Assembly: GCA_963707655.1 (NCBI GenBank)
Contig: OY970172.1
Location: 896,001 to 960,000 of the forward strand
Length of the DNA: 64,000 nucleotides
From: an uncultured bacterium
GTDB lineage: Bacteria; Babelota; Babeliae; Babelales; Vermiphilaceae
Direction of reading: 5' to 3'
This document shows, in pieces, positions 49,672-60,261 of the stretch; position 1 is the first letter of the stretch; each line of letters starts with the position of its first letter. The translations under genes were made by a program, and so were the position numbers. The notes beneath the pieces were generated by a model. It saw only the letters and a program-made list of their open reading frames with translations. It was not told the origin of the DNA and did no database searches.

Positions 49672-50901
49672 TTATTCTACCAATATCATTTTTGGTAACG
49701 GTTCGTAGATAAACACAGATTGTGCTTTTGCATAAAAAGCTTTTAAATCTGTGTTTATTTTTTTCTGTAGCTCTTCAAAAGAGCACCTGCCGCTCATATA
49801 ATCCCGCACAATGCTGCTTCCAAGCGCAGCATCAAAATCTTTTGAAAAGGCGAATGGTATATTTTGTTTTTTGCAAAAATTCAGGATGCTTAAAAATGTA
49901 TTAAAAGCGGAAAAAGAATTGATTGAAATGTGAGTGATTTTTGCACCGCGATAATGCTTCTTTTTGCGCTGATTATAATAATCAATCGCTTCTGCGTGCA
50001 CACCTTTATTTTTTAATAACGTTACAAACAGCTCATTTTGCTTTTTGCTCAGTAGAGCAGCGGGCAACCCAGCAAGATGAAATGCTTCTTTTGTTCCTAT
50101 ACCCACATCAAAGGGTTGAATTTCTCCCAAAAGGCCCAAAAAGCTATAGCCATAGCAGGCCTGTATGTTTTGAATATTGGGAGAAAGAGGGGCCAGTAAT
50201 TTTGTTAATGAATAATTGCGTGTGTAGTTTGCAAGAGGAACAACATGAAGCTGCGCAGGTTTTGCAAGTACATACTTGTTGCAATACCGGGCAATTTCTC
50301 CCATAGTCATCGCATGGCGCAGCGGGATGGGCACACTTGCAAGAAATGAATTTTTAACCGTAGCCAGCGGCCCTTCCATGATTATTCCCAGCGGGTTGGG
50401 GCGATCGAGAACAATCAAAGGCAGATTTTGTGCAGCCGCTACTTCAAGAACTGCAATCAGTGTGGCGCTATAGGTGTAATGGCGCATACCCACATCTTGG
50501 ATATCAAAAACAAATGCATCAAGCGTGTCTTCATAAGAGATCGCATTATTTTTTTTGTTAAGGGTGTAAAGGCTGGCGATTGGCAGTTGTGTTGCCTTAT
50601 CAACGCTATCATCAACATTGCTCCCTGCTGCAATAGTGCCATTAATGCCGTGCTCGGGGGCGAAAATCGTAACAACGTTGACCCCTTTCTTTAAAAGTAA
50701 ATCAATAGAGCGGGTTCCATTTTGAGTTTTCCCTGATTGATTAGTGATTAGCCCTACTCGTGCACTAGCTTTTCCGGTGACCCTTTGCAGCATTGCAGGG
50801 GAAAATCGCTCTATACCAAGGCGATAGGGTGGTTTTTCTTGCGCGACTAAATTGGCGACTATAGATAGAATTAAAGCTAAAAAAAGGAGCCATTTATTCA
50901 T
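49672..50901 (-). CDS. DUF1343 / NamZ-family exo-beta-N-acetylmuramidase
   Basis: VGLITNQSG, FAPEHG, FDIQDVGMRHYTY, VLDRPNP, RHAMTMGE. Confidence 0.88.
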   Translation of the reverse strand: MNKWLLFLALILSIVANLVAQEKPPYRLGIERFSPAMLQRVTGKASARVGLITNQSGKTQNGTRSIDLLLKKGVNVVTIFAPEHGINGTIAAGSNVDDSVDKATQLPIASLYTLNKKNNAISYEDTLDAFVFDIQDVGMRHYTYSATLIAVLEVAAAQNLPLIVLDRPNPLGIIMEGPLATVKNSFLASVPIPLRHAMTMGEIARYCNKYVLAKPAQLHVVPLANYTRNYSLTKLLAPLSPNIQNIQACYGYSFLGLLGEIQPFDVGIGTKEAFHLAGLPAALLSKKQNELFVTLLKNKGVHAEAIDYYNQRKKKHYRGAKITHISINSFSAFNTFLSILNFCKKQNIPFAFSKDFDAALGSSIVRDYMSGRCSFEELQKKINTDLKAFYAKAQSVFIYEPLPKMILVE

Positions 50902-51195
50902 GATTATTCCTTTTTTCCTCCATCTTTTTGCTTGCTTCGTTAAAAAATATTTTGTTGTCGCGACTCATTTTTACAGTAGCAATTTAATCTGCCACCAATC
51001 AATAATTTCTAATAGAAATAATAATTGAGCTTTTGTGCAGGAATTTCTGGCAGCGGTTGGCTTGCTCCCCTTGAGCATTTTTCCGCAAGATATTGCGGTT
51101 TGCCACAAAACCCACAAACAGACACTCTTTCATTTTTTTGTTATGATTAGTAGTTGAAAGAGAATTTTTATTTCTTATTTTTTTTGGAGGTTAGC

Positions 51196-52023
51196 ATGAT
51201 AAAAATTATGCGTAATATAGTTATTGTGTTCGCGTTGAGCATTGGCGGTGTTCAGGCAAGCGAGCAGCTCGGCTGTCTCACTGCGATGTTTGCTAAACAT
51301 TATTTGAATAATACTGAAATTTCCAAAATTCCTGGGAAGGCAGTAGCAGCTGATATGAAGAGAATTACAGAGATAGGCCCTCTATCGGCAGGTCAGTTTA
51401 ACACACCAATTGATATCGATATCGTGGCGGCCATAAAAAAAGAAACAGCGGTTGTTCGTGGAAGAGATGTTCTTGACTTGTCTGTTCGGGGGGCCGGAGT
51501 TGCTGAATTGAATGAAGAAATAGCTTTGCTCAGAAAGCAGATCAAGCTTTCTCAGGATAGTGAAGAAGTGTTTTTGCAGGCGAAAAGAAACGGGGGCATA
51601 CACCATATGAGAACAGATGGTGGTAATGAGGGGAAAAAACCAAAAAAATTAAGTGATTATAATGGCTGTGGCCAGATAGATAGCTGGCGGTACTATGTGG
51701 GGCAGAGATCTTCTGAATGGACCCCTGAAGATATCCGCAAGACATTGCAAGCGTTTAAAGCAGACAGAAAACAGAAACGAGATCGCATAAAAATTGCTGG
51801 TCTAGAAATTGTCGAAAAAAATAAAGCAGCAACTGAACGATCGCATAACAAGATAAAAAAGTTTTTTGGCGAAGATGGCCCGTTTATCTTCTATTACTGT
51901 CATCAAGCGAGGCGCACTGGAATTCCTGGGATTCCTTTAAATATCGCTTTGAGTGGCCGATTGTTAACCCCAAATGAATATCATGCGTATCTCGACGCAA
52001 AAGCAAAGGGCGTTGTTTTATAA
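51196..52023 (+). CDS. Exported hypothetical protein
   Basis: SD GGAGG plus ATG 51196, signal peptide GVQA|SE. Confidence 0.75.
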   Translation: MIKIMRNIVIVFALSIGGVQASEQLGCLTAMFAKHYLNNTEISKIPGKAVAADMKRITEIGPLSAGQFNTPIDIDIVAAIKKETAVVRGRDVLDLSVRGAGVAELNEEIALLRKQIKLSQDSEEVFLQAKRNGGIHHMRTDGGNEGKKPKKLSDYNGCGQIDSWRYYVGQRSSEWTPEDIRKTLQAFKADRKQKRDRIKIAGLEIVEKNKAATERSHNKIKKFFGEDGPFIFYYCHQARRTGIPGIPLNIALSGRLLTPNEYHAYLDAKAKGVVL

Positions 52024-52086
52024 GAAGTTTTGCGCAAAACATTATTGCGGTTGCGATGTGGCAAAATTTTAAGTGTGTTTAAAAGC

Positions 52087-52126
52087 AAGAAGGGTGCCAC
52101 AGATTTATCTGCATGGCACCCTTCTT
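52087..52126. terminator. Hairpin terminator between convergent genes
   Basis: AAGAAGGGTGCCA / TGGCACCCTTCTT inverted repeat. Confidence 0.7.
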
Positions 52127-52157
52127 ATTGAATTGTTGTTTTCTATTCCCCGATGAA

Positions 52158-53176
52158 TCAGTCTCGAGGAATTTCCCAGATGCGCACAGTACCATCTTCT
52201 TGTCCTATAGCAAGCTCCGAGCCATTAGGTTGCCATGTTGGTGCATAGGCGAAAATATTGCTCGTTAGAATATCCTCTTGCTGGTTTGCGGTGAGATTAT
52301 AGATGCATGTCGACAATGTCCACATTGATGCGGCAGCAAGTTTTGCATCATCAGTGCTCCAGGCTACTGAAACAATAAGAGGGTTCTCGCTATCAAAAAA
52401 CTGTTTTGGCTTTTTTGTATTGCGAACATCCCAGATGCATACTGCGCCATTGTTTGATCCTGAGGCAAGGTTTTCATTGCCATGAGCCCATGCCACAGCG
52501 GCGGTTCCAGGCGTCTGCTCGCGCTTAGTGGAAGGGACATCAAAAGCATTGCTTTTCTTGCCTGAGAGCAGGTCATAGGTATAGAGTCCTTGCGCTGATG
52601 TTAAAGCGAGAGATTTATCATCATGACTCCAGGCTATTTGCGAGCCTTTTTCGCCCGCATCAAAGCGATTGATTATCTTACCAGTGGACATGTCCCAGAT
52701 GTACACTTTGTCATTAGACGCTGATCCGGCTAACTTGGTGCCATCAGAATTCCAAGTTAGTGACGCAAGAATTGATGAAGGATCATCAATAGCAAGAATT
52801 ACAGAGCTGTCTGCGATAGATTTCCAAATGTTTACTTTAGAGTCTTGTGCTGTGCTGGCAAGACATTCGCCTTTACGATCCCACACCACGCATTGGGTCA
52901 CTCCTGTACCCTCACCATGAAGGCTATACATAAGTGCATCTGTTTCAGGGTCACAAACTAACACCCTGGCATTATCTGCTCCTACAGCGAGTTGCTTGCC
53001 CTTGCGGATGCCAATTCAGCTGACACCGTAGCTCCTGCTTTGATGCAAGAAAGAATTCGCGACTTTGAAGGTGTTTGCGGAGATGGGTTCGAGGCTGAGT
53101 TCCCAGCATTTGCAGTACCATGTAAAAGAGACATTATCATTGCCATTGCAATGGTGGGAGTAATCTTGGTGTGCAT
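52158..53176 (-). pseudogene. Exported WD40 protein broken by indels
   Basis: The signal-peptide ORF 52982-53176 and the WD40 ORF 52158-52964 join across frames to give VS.LNWHPQGKQLAVGADN. Confidence 0.75.
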
Positions 53177-53302
53177 ATTCTTTATTTCCTTACTTTTGTA
53201 TTTTTTACTTATTGTAGTCGCTGGCTACTGTAGAAAAATGCAAAGTAAAAGTCAACAGCAATACATGCGTGAATCATGCGATGCAGAATTGATTTTGAGC
53301 TA

Positions 53303-53677
53303 TTAAACGAGTGGCAATCTGGCCCATACCGTGCCCATAAGAATGCCAGACATGCGCGCAACGTACTGCTTGAACGTTACCGGCTTTTCTTTTGAGTCGC
53401 ATGCTTTAAGCCCGAGCACCGCTAAAAGAATGCGGCATTGCCCTTCTAAACGGTCGCGGCAAATGCCATAATTGCCATATAAATTTAAGTGATCAATATT
53501 GGGTAAAATTTTATTTCTTAAAACACCTATTGTTAACGTGCTGAGATTTCCCATCACCAATCCATTACAAAATTCTTTAACGTATTGATTAACAAGTATG
53601 CATGGTTCGTCAGCAGCAAGCACGGTGTTTGTTGCTCCGATTAATGATAATGTCAGGCATAAAAATATCTTTTTCAT
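53303..53677 (-). CDS. Exported or membrane hypothetical protein
   Basis: SD AAGGAG plus ATG 53677, MKKIFLCL signal peptide. Confidence 0.65.
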   Translation of the reverse strand: MKKIFLCLTLSLIGATNTVLAADEPCILVNQYVKEFCNGLVMGNLSTLTIGVLRNKILPNIDHLNLYGNYGICRDRLEGQCRILLAVLGLKACDSKEKPVTFKQYVARMSGILMGTVWARLPLV

Positions 53678-53774
53678 AACATCTCCTTGTAACAATAAAA
53701 TATAACAACGGTTGATGTGAAGATAGAAAATAGAAAACACTGAGCGCAACAAAAATATTTAATATACAAACAAA

Positions 53775-53807
53775 AAAAAGAGCATCTCTTGCGAAGATGC
53801 TCTTTTT
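53775..53807. terminator. Intrinsic terminator after hppA
   Basis: AAAAAGAGCATCT...AGATGCTCTTTTT. Confidence 0.8.
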
Positions 53808-53828
53808 AAATAAGTTCTCTATTTTGCT

Positions 53829-55802
53829 TTAGATCAATACCAACAGTAATGAAAGTACTGACATGAGCTTAATCAAGATATTCAAGGCGGGGCCTGAAGT
53901 GTCTTTGAATGGGTCTCCTACCGTGTCGCCGATAATCGCCGCTTTATGAGTATCCGACCCTTTGCCGCCAAGATGACCGGCTTCAATATATTTCTTTGCA
54001 TTATCCCAAGCGCCGCCGCCATTGGCCATCATTAATGCAAGAAGCACACCTACAACGGTTGCACCGACTAAAAAGCCTCCAAGAGCTGCTTTGCCCATTA
54101 AAAAGCGCATTGCAACAGGAGATGCTATGGTAATAACACCAGGCAAAATCATTTCCCAAAGCGCAGCATGAGTACTAATCATAACGCAGCGTTTGTAATC
54201 AGGTTCTGCGGTTCCTTCCATCAGTCCGGGGATTGCTTTAAATTGACGACGAACTTCCACTACCATTTTTAATGCAGCGTCACCTACTGATCGCATAGTC
54301 AATGCAGAAATAAGAAATGGAATAGTTGAGCCAATAAACATGCCGGCCATAATGGTTGGGTTGAGCAAATCAAGCGCTACAATTCCTGCTTGTTGGCAAT
54401 ATGCAGAGAACATAGCCAATGCCGTTAACAACGCAGAGCCAATAGCAAATCCTTTGCCCATTGCAGCAGTAGTATTGCCCAAGGCGTCAAGTTTATCGGT
54501 AATGGCGCGTACTGAAGCACCAAAACCAGACATTTCTGCTATGCCTCCTGCGTTATCAGCAATAGGACCATAGGCATCAACGGTCATAGTTATACCAACA
54601 GTTGCAAGCATGGCAACTGCGGTTAAAGAAACACCAAACAAGCCGCCACCATATACAAATGCAAGCAACACAATAACACCCAAAATAATTACCGGTGCTA
54701 CGGTTGATTCCATTCCTACAGAAAGGCCATAAATAATATTGGTTGCTGCTCCTGATTGCGCGCTCTCTGCGACTTTGCGCACCGGCTCGCCGCCAGTATA
54801 ATATTCAGTGATTAAGCCGATTATGATACCGGAAACACAGCCAAGAACTATAGCAACAAAAAGAGCACTATCAATTCCGGCATAGCGAATGTAGCCATAT
54901 GCACCTGCGATAAAGAGCGCAATAGAAATGTAAGTAGCGCTGCGCAACATAGCAGATGGCTCAAGGCGCAAGATTGCGTTTGAGGCAAGACCTATTAAAG
55001 AAGCCACCAAGCCGATTACTGAGAGCATTAAAGGAAGCAAAACATAGTTTATTTGGTTGCCATACGCAGAAATAGCAAGAATGATTGATGAAACCATTGC
55101 GCCAACATATGATTCATAAATATCAGCACCCATGCCTGCGGTGTCGCCGACACAATCACCAACGTTGTCAGCAATTACTGCAGGGTTGCGTGGGTCATCT
55201 TCAGGAATTCCTGCTTCAATTTTACCCACAAGATCAGCGCCTACATCAGCAGATTTGGTATAAATACCGCCGCCAACGCGAGCAAAGAAGGCAACCAAGC
55301 TGGCACCCAAGCTGAAACTTGTTAAATAAATAACAAAACGAATATCATGATAAAAAAGATAAGAAATAAGACCCAGGCCAATGAGACCAAAGGTGGCTAC
55401 AGAAAAGCCCATAACTCCGCCACCTAAAAAGGCTATGGAGAATGCAGCGTGTTCGCCCTTGTTTTTTGCTGCAATGGTTGTGCGTACGTTTGCATCTGTT
55501 GCTGCAATCATACCAATAAAACCAGTTACCATAGAAAACAAAGCGCCAAAAATAAATATGAAAGCTGCCGTTATATTGATGCAGTAGGCAACTATTGCCG
55601 CGATAAGAAATACTACGATAGCAATTATCTGATATTCTTCGCGTAAGAAAGTAAAAGCACCGCTACGAATTGCGCGAGCAATATGGGCGGCTTTAGCATT
55701 GTCAACGGGAATTGCTCTAATTAAAGAAAGGAGGAAGGTTACTACCGCCAATCCCAACAGTCCAACGCCACCGGCGACGAGAAAGTAGGTTGTTATATTC
55801 AT
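53829..55802 (-). CDS. hppA: Membrane-bound ion-translocating pyrophosphatase (K+-dependent signature)
   Basis: [55 protein letters not shown]. Confidence 0.96.
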   Translation of the reverse strand: MNITTYFLVAGGVGLLGLAVVTFLLSLIRAIPVDNAKAAHIARAIRSGAFTFLREEYQIIAIVVFLIAAIVAYCINITAAFIFIFGALFSMVTGFIGMIAATDANVRTTIAAKNKGEHAAFSIAFLGGGVMGFSVATFGLIGLGLISYLFYHDIRFVIYLTSFSLGASLVAFFARVGGGIYTKSADVGADLVGKIEAGIPEDDPRNPAVIADNVGDCVGDTAGMGADIYESYVGAMVSSIILAISAYGNQINYVLLPLMLSVIGLVASLIGLASNAILRLEPSAMLRSATYISIALFIAGAYGYIRYAGIDSALFVAIVLGCVSGIIIGLITEYYTGGEPVRKVAESAQSGAATNIIYGLSVGMESTVAPVIILGVIVLLAFVYGGGLFGVSLTAVAMLATVGITMTVDAYGPIADNAGGIAEMSGFGASVRAITDKLDALGNTTAAMGKGFAIGSALLTALAMFSAYCQQAGIVALDLLNPTIMAGMFIGSTIPFLISALTMRSVGDAALKMVVEVRRQFKAIPGLMEGTAEPDYKRCVMISTHAALWEMILPGVITIASPVAMRFLMGKAALGGFLVGATVVGVLLALMMANGGGAWDNAKKYIEAGHLGGKGSDTHKAAIIGDTVGDPFKDTSGPALNILIKLMSVLSLLLVLI

Positions 55803-55945
55803 AAAATCCTTTGAGATATATCTATACATAAACCAAACGAATTTTTATTGTACTTTTCCGACGCTCATTTGTAAAGTTTGGTTATTGTGAGTAGAGTTTG
55901 CAGCATTAAAAACTTACCATAGAAGAAGAGCGGTTCGTAGTAAAT

Positions 55946-57382
55946 TTATCTGAGAGAATGGAGTATTGTTGCTTCGCTAAAATGGTGTTTTGTTGCACCA
56001 ATCATCTGATATTCTTCAGGGCCTTTACCGAGTAAGGCAATAATAGTGTTGCTTTGTGAGCATGCATAGGCTTTTTTTATTGCCCGCTCACGATCAAGCT
56101 CTACAATTACGGAGCCTTTTTTTTCTTCGGGGATGCCGCTCAAAATATTTTCAGCGATAACGCACGGATCTTCTGATCGCGGGTTATCTGAAGTGATGAT
56201 AACAACATCGGCGTATAACGCTGCTATGGCCCCCATCACTGGACGCTTGTCTTGTGCTCGTTCACCGCCGGCACCAAAAACAACAATAAGATGAGAAGTT
56301 ATTTTTTTTAAGAAAGAAAAAAGTTGTTCAAATGAAGAAGGATTATGCGCATAGTCTATGATGCCCCATGCGCCATTGGGAAGTTGATAGCGTTGCATGC
56401 GGCCGGGAACGCCGGCAAAGCTTTTAGTCGCTTTCGCAATAGCTTGCGTGCTCGCGCCAATTGTTAAAGCCATGCCCGCTGCGGCCACTATATTGTAAGC
56501 ATTGAAAGTACCCAACAAGCCAGGAATTTCTAAAGTGCAGGAGTGATTCTCTGTTTTATTTGTAATATTCACCTGCAGGTGAGGTATTTCTTGGGTGATT
56601 TCCAGGCGGTAGCCGCTTTCTTTTTCTTGACCAAATGTTGCGAGCTTTGGATATTGTTGCAACAATCTTGTGCACCATATGTCGTCTTGATTTATAAAAA
56701 TAGGAATGTTTGGTTTTGCATGTTCAAAAATGGCGCACTTTGCTTGAAAATAGCTCTCTAGTGAGGAATAAAATTCCCCGTGCTCCTGGCTAAAATTGGT
56801 AAAGATAATGCCATCAAAAAAAATGCCCGCCACTCTATGCATTGAAAGGGCTTGTGCGGCAACCTCCATAACTACATAACGCACCTTTTCTTGGACGCAG
56901 AGCTTTAAAAATTGATGCAGGTAATCAGGTTGCGCGGTAGTTAAAGGAGCGGCGAAAACCGTATCGCCAATTTTGTTATGCACGGTGCTCAAAAGCGCTG
57001 TTTTATGGCCCGCTTCGCGGAGTATGTGCTCAAGAAAAAAACTGGTTGTAGTTTTGCCTTTTGTACCCGTTACGCCGATGATGCACAGGTTGTCTGCAGG
57101 ATAGTCTGCTGCCTGTGCACTTAAAATAGCAAGCGCATGACGCGTGTTGTTAACTCGGGTAACGATGATATTTTTTTGCGTTATTTTTTTTTGTAGATCA
57201 TGCGGTAAGAGGGCATTGTTTTCGATAACAATTCTTGTTGCCCCTTTTTCAATGGCCAGCGCAATATAACCCAGGCCATCGAGCTTGTATCCTTTGATGG
57301 CGACAAATGTCGACCCGTCACCAACAAAATCGGTGTGACAGGTAACGGGAAATTGCAGCGGCATCGACAGGGTATTATTCAT
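55946..57382 (-). CDS. murE: UDP-MurNAc-tripeptide synthetase
   Basis: GVTGTKGKTTT, DYAHNP, VFGAGG, DNPR (meso-DAP-type motif). Confidence 0.95.
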   Translation of the reverse strand: MNNTLSMPLQFPVTCHTDFVGDGSTFVAIKGYKLDGLGYIALAIEKGATRIVIENNALLPHDLQKKITQKNIIVTRVNNTRHALAILSAQAADYPADNLCIIGVTGTKGKTTTSFFLEHILREAGHKTALLSTVHNKIGDTVFAAPLTTAQPDYLHQFLKLCVQEKVRYVVMEVAAQALSMHRVAGIFFDGIIFTNFSQEHGEFYSSLESYFQAKCAIFEHAKPNIPIFINQDDIWCTRLLQQYPKLATFGQEKESGYRLEITQEIPHLQVNITNKTENHSCTLEIPGLLGTFNAYNIVAAAGMALTIGASTQAIAKATKSFAGVPGRMQRYQLPNGAWGIIDYAHNPSSFEQLFSFLKKITSHLIVVFGAGGERAQDKRPVMGAIAALYADVVIITSDNPRSEDPCVIAENILSGIPEEKKGSVIVELDRERAIKKAYACSQSNTIIALLGKGPEEYQMIGATKHHFSEATILHSLR

Positions 57383-57393
57383 GGGATATTTGA

Positions 57394-58713
57394 TTATTTC
57401 TGTTTAAAATTCGCGAGCCCGTGCATGATTTTTGGAAGAAGATAAAGGATACCAAATAAGTTTATGGCAAGCATTCCTGCATTGGTATAATCAGCAAGCG
57501 CAAAGACCAACTCAACATTAAGTAAAGCGCCGGCAAAAACGCACAGGCAATATACAATAGTAAACTCACGTGTAAACTTGCCACGCGAAATGCTTATCCA
57601 CGCCTCTTTGGTTATGTATGCGTATGATACCAAGACCCCAATACCGAAAGTGATTGATAAAAAGCTTACCATCCAACCACCCAGCCAACCAAACACAGTT
57701 GAAAATGATGAAATAGTGAGCGCGGTGCTGGTTAATCCATTGTTCCATACGCCGCTGGCGACAATGCATAACGCCAAAATAAAGCAGACGAGTGTGCTGA
57801 TAAAGGTACTGAGCATAGCAATAAAACCATCTTTTTCAGGAGTTTTGCTGCCAGTTGCGCTGAAAAGAATAGCGGCGGTTCCCAAGCCAGATTCAGTCGC
57901 CAAAATCGAGCGAGAAATTCCAAAGCGCATGGCCTGTTGTACACTAAAACCAATAATACCACCGGCAAGCGCCAAAGGAGAGAATGCCGCAGAAGACATT
58001 AATTTCAATGCAGGAAGAAGGTTGTTCCAATGATATGCAAGGATAATGGTTGTTGAGATGAAAAACACTATTACTTTTATTGGTACGATGCGGTCAGAGA
58101 TTTTAACAATGCGCGCTGCGCCTCCAAAAGTTACATATAAGATGAACGCAAGAAGTACGACCGCCGTTATCCATGGATTGATCTGCCAGTTTTGCATGCT
58201 GATGCGAATTGAATTTGATTGAATGCCGCTGCCGATAATCATAAAGAATAAGCAAAGAATGGCATATAGAGGAGCCAGAAACGCGCCTCCTGCAACAGAT
58301 TGCAGATACAGCATTGGTCCACCAAGAAGACTGCCTTTCTTTTGCGCGCTAAACAAAACGCTCAAATACACTTCTGCAAAGCGTACCGGCATAAGAACAA
58401 ATCCAATAATAAGCATCCATATTGCTGCTCCGGGGCCACCGGCATAGATAGCCGTTGCTACTCCTGCCAAGCTGCCATTGCCCAGATTGGTGCTCAAGGT
58501 GTTAATGAATGCTTGCAGCGGAGTCATGTCTGCTGGCAAGCTGGCAGATTGTTTTGGTGGAAAAAAAATTAATTTCCAGGAATAAAAAAAATAGCGCAAT
58601 TGAGGGGCTTTGAGTGCAAGAGTGCAGATGACACCAACACCGATAACATATATCATAAGGGGCCAACCCATCAGGCTGTTGAGGAGGGAGACTAGAGCGT
58701 TATAAAAAAACAT
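57394..58713 (-). CDS. Alanine/glycine:cation symporter (AGCS family)
   Basis: LGNGSLAGVATAIYAGGPGAAIWM, GGPMLY, ESGLGTA. Confidence 0.9.
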   Translation of the reverse strand: MFFYNALVSLLNSLMGWPLMIYVIGVGVICTLALKAPQLRYFFYSWKLIFFPPKQSASLPADMTPLQAFINTLSTNLGNGSLAGVATAIYAGGPGAAIWMLIIGFVLMPVRFAEVYLSVLFSAQKKGSLLGGPMLYLQSVAGGAFLAPLYAILCLFFMIIGSGIQSNSIRISMQNWQINPWITAVVLLAFILYVTFGGAARIVKISDRIVPIKVIVFFISTTIILAYHWNNLLPALKLMSSAAFSPLALAGGIIGFSVQQAMRFGISRSILATESGLGTAAILFSATGSKTPEKDGFIAMLSTFISTLVCFILALCIVASGVWNNGLTSTALTISSFSTVFGWLGGWMVSFLSITFGIGVLVSYAYITKEAWISISRGKFTREFTIVYCLCVFAGALLNVELVFALADYTNAGMLAINLFGILYLLPKIMHGLANFKQK

Positions 58714-58810
58714 GGGAACCTTTCTTATTTTTTCTACTATTTTTTCATTGCTTGCAATAATGTTGCTCAGTATACTTGATTTTTAATAATATTAACATAA
58801 TGAGGTTGTC

Positions 58811-59221
58811 ATGAAATATTCTGCTTTTGATATTGGCGATGTGTGGACCGGAATAGCCCTTTCTGACCCTTTGGGCATCATAGCCAAGCCATATCAAACC
58901 ATCAAGACCGTGCAACTCTTCTCTTATTTGCCCTCCTTTTTTGAAAAAGAAAAAATCGCTGGAGTTGTTGTCGGGTATCCAAAGACAATGCGCGGCACAG
59001 AAAGTGACCAAACGAAAAAAATTATCGAATACAAAGAAAAGCTCGAAAAAGAATTCCCTCACATGCAATGGATCTTGTGGGACGAGCGTTTGAGTAGTAA
59101 GCGAGCGGCTTCGCTAAAGCAGGCGCGCACCAAAGAAGAGAAACAACAATCACATGCCATAGCCGCGGCATTCATTCTTGAGAGCTATTTAAATTATTGT
59201 TTTTTGCAAAAAAACAGTTAA
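58811..59221 (+). CDS. yqgF: YqgF/RuvX nuclease
   Basis: AFDIG...GIALSD, VVGYP, WDERLSS, AIAAAFILESYL. Confidence 0.92.
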   Translation: MKYSAFDIGDVWTGIALSDPLGIIAKPYQTIKTVQLFSYLPSFFEKEKIAGVVVGYPKTMRGTESDQTKKIIEYKEKLEKEFPHMQWILWDERLSSKRAASLKQARTKEEKQQSHAIAAAFILESYLNYCFLQKNS

Positions 59222-59242
59222 AAAAAGTAAAAAAAAGACTCG

Positions 59243-59272
59243 TTGACAAACGGCAGGCAAATTGCTTACCTT
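59243..59272 (+). promoter_or_regulatory. Sigma70-type promoter
   Basis: TTGACA (59243-59248), 18-nt spacer, TACCTT (59267-59272). Confidence 0.5.
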
Positions 59273-59361
59273 GATTTTAAAGGAACAGTAATAAGCAGGT
59301 TGCTCTGATCGAATCATTCGATTCATGGCAATTACCAACTCTTAAAAAAAGGGGTAGTTGA

Positions 59362-59535
59362 ATGACGTGTAAAAAATGTGGCGGTCTCATGGTTCTGCAA
59401 TCTTTTTTTGATCATTTTCTTAATTTTGACGGGTGGAAATGTCTGAATTGTGGTAAAGTAATTCTTAAGAAAGACAAAACGATCGAGTTTGATTCGTTTA
59501 GCATATTTTACCAACAGCAGAAATGCAGAAAATAA
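59362..59535 (+). CDS. Small zinc-ribbon protein (57 aa, not in ORF track)
   Basis: MTCKKCGGLMVLQSFFDHFLNFDGWKCLNCGKVILKK... has two CxxC pairs, and SD AAGGGG precedes it. Confidence 0.8.
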   Translation: MTCKKCGGLMVLQSFFDHFLNFDGWKCLNCGKVILKKDKTIEFDSFSIFYQQQKCRK

Positions 59536-59550
59536 CGTATTGAAAAACAG

Positions 59551-60249
59551 ATGAATACTACAGCTTACCTTGTAATACAAAACAACTATGATTTTATAGA
59601 ATTAGCGCTTTTTCTTAACAACAAGTGCATTGATTCTGTGCGCGAAAGCAAAATGAATGCCAGCAAAATGGCTGTGCCCTTGGTGAAGATTTTATTGGAA
59701 AGAAATAAATATTCTTTTGCGCAACTTGATTTTGTTGCGGTTAATCAAGGACCCGCTCCGTTTACTACTTTGCGCGTTGTTATCGCTACCGCAAATGGCA
59801 TAAGTTTTGCCACATCGCTGCCTCTTATCGGTATTGATGGTCTCCAGGCTCTTTTGGCTCAACATGCAGATCAAAATTATAGCGTTACGGTTGCGTTGCT
59901 TGATGCTTTTAATAAAGATGTCTATGTTGCTGTTGAGCATAATGGACAACTGTCTTACACCGCATGTGAAAATATTGAAAAAATTCTTGAAAAACTAAGC
60001 CGTGAATATGCCGAGCACAAGATCCGCTTTGTAGGCGGCGCCGCAGTACTCCATGCGGACGCTATCTATACAACATTCAACAACAGAGCAGTAATTATAG
60101 AAACTGATACTTTTTGCTCCGCAGCACAGTTGGGCGCAATGGCACATGAAAAATGGCAAAAGAAGCAAGATCTTTCTTATCAATTATTTCCTCTCTATCT
60201 TAAGCGTCAGCAATACAAAAATCAGTTTGGGCAGATGCAAACCATATAA
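59551..60249 (+). CDS. tsaB: tRNA t6A biosynthesis protein TsaB
   Basis: VAVNQGPAPFTTLRV...ANGI, LDA, PLYLK. Confidence 0.9.
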   Translation: MNTTAYLVIQNNYDFIELALFLNNKCIDSVRESKMNASKMAVPLVKILLERNKYSFAQLDFVAVNQGPAPFTTLRVVIATANGISFATSLPLIGIDGLQALLAQHADQNYSVTVALLDAFNKDVYVAVEHNGQLSYTACENIEKILEKLSREYAEHKIRFVGGAAVLHADAIYTTFNNRAVIIETDTFCSAAQLGAMAHEKWQKKQDLSYQLFPLYLKRQQYKNQFGQMQTI

Positions 60250-60261
60250 TTATATGGTTCT

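Noticed and set aside
59332..59580. 82-aa minus-strand ORF
   Set aside because: Shadow of the zinc-ribbon gene on the + strand
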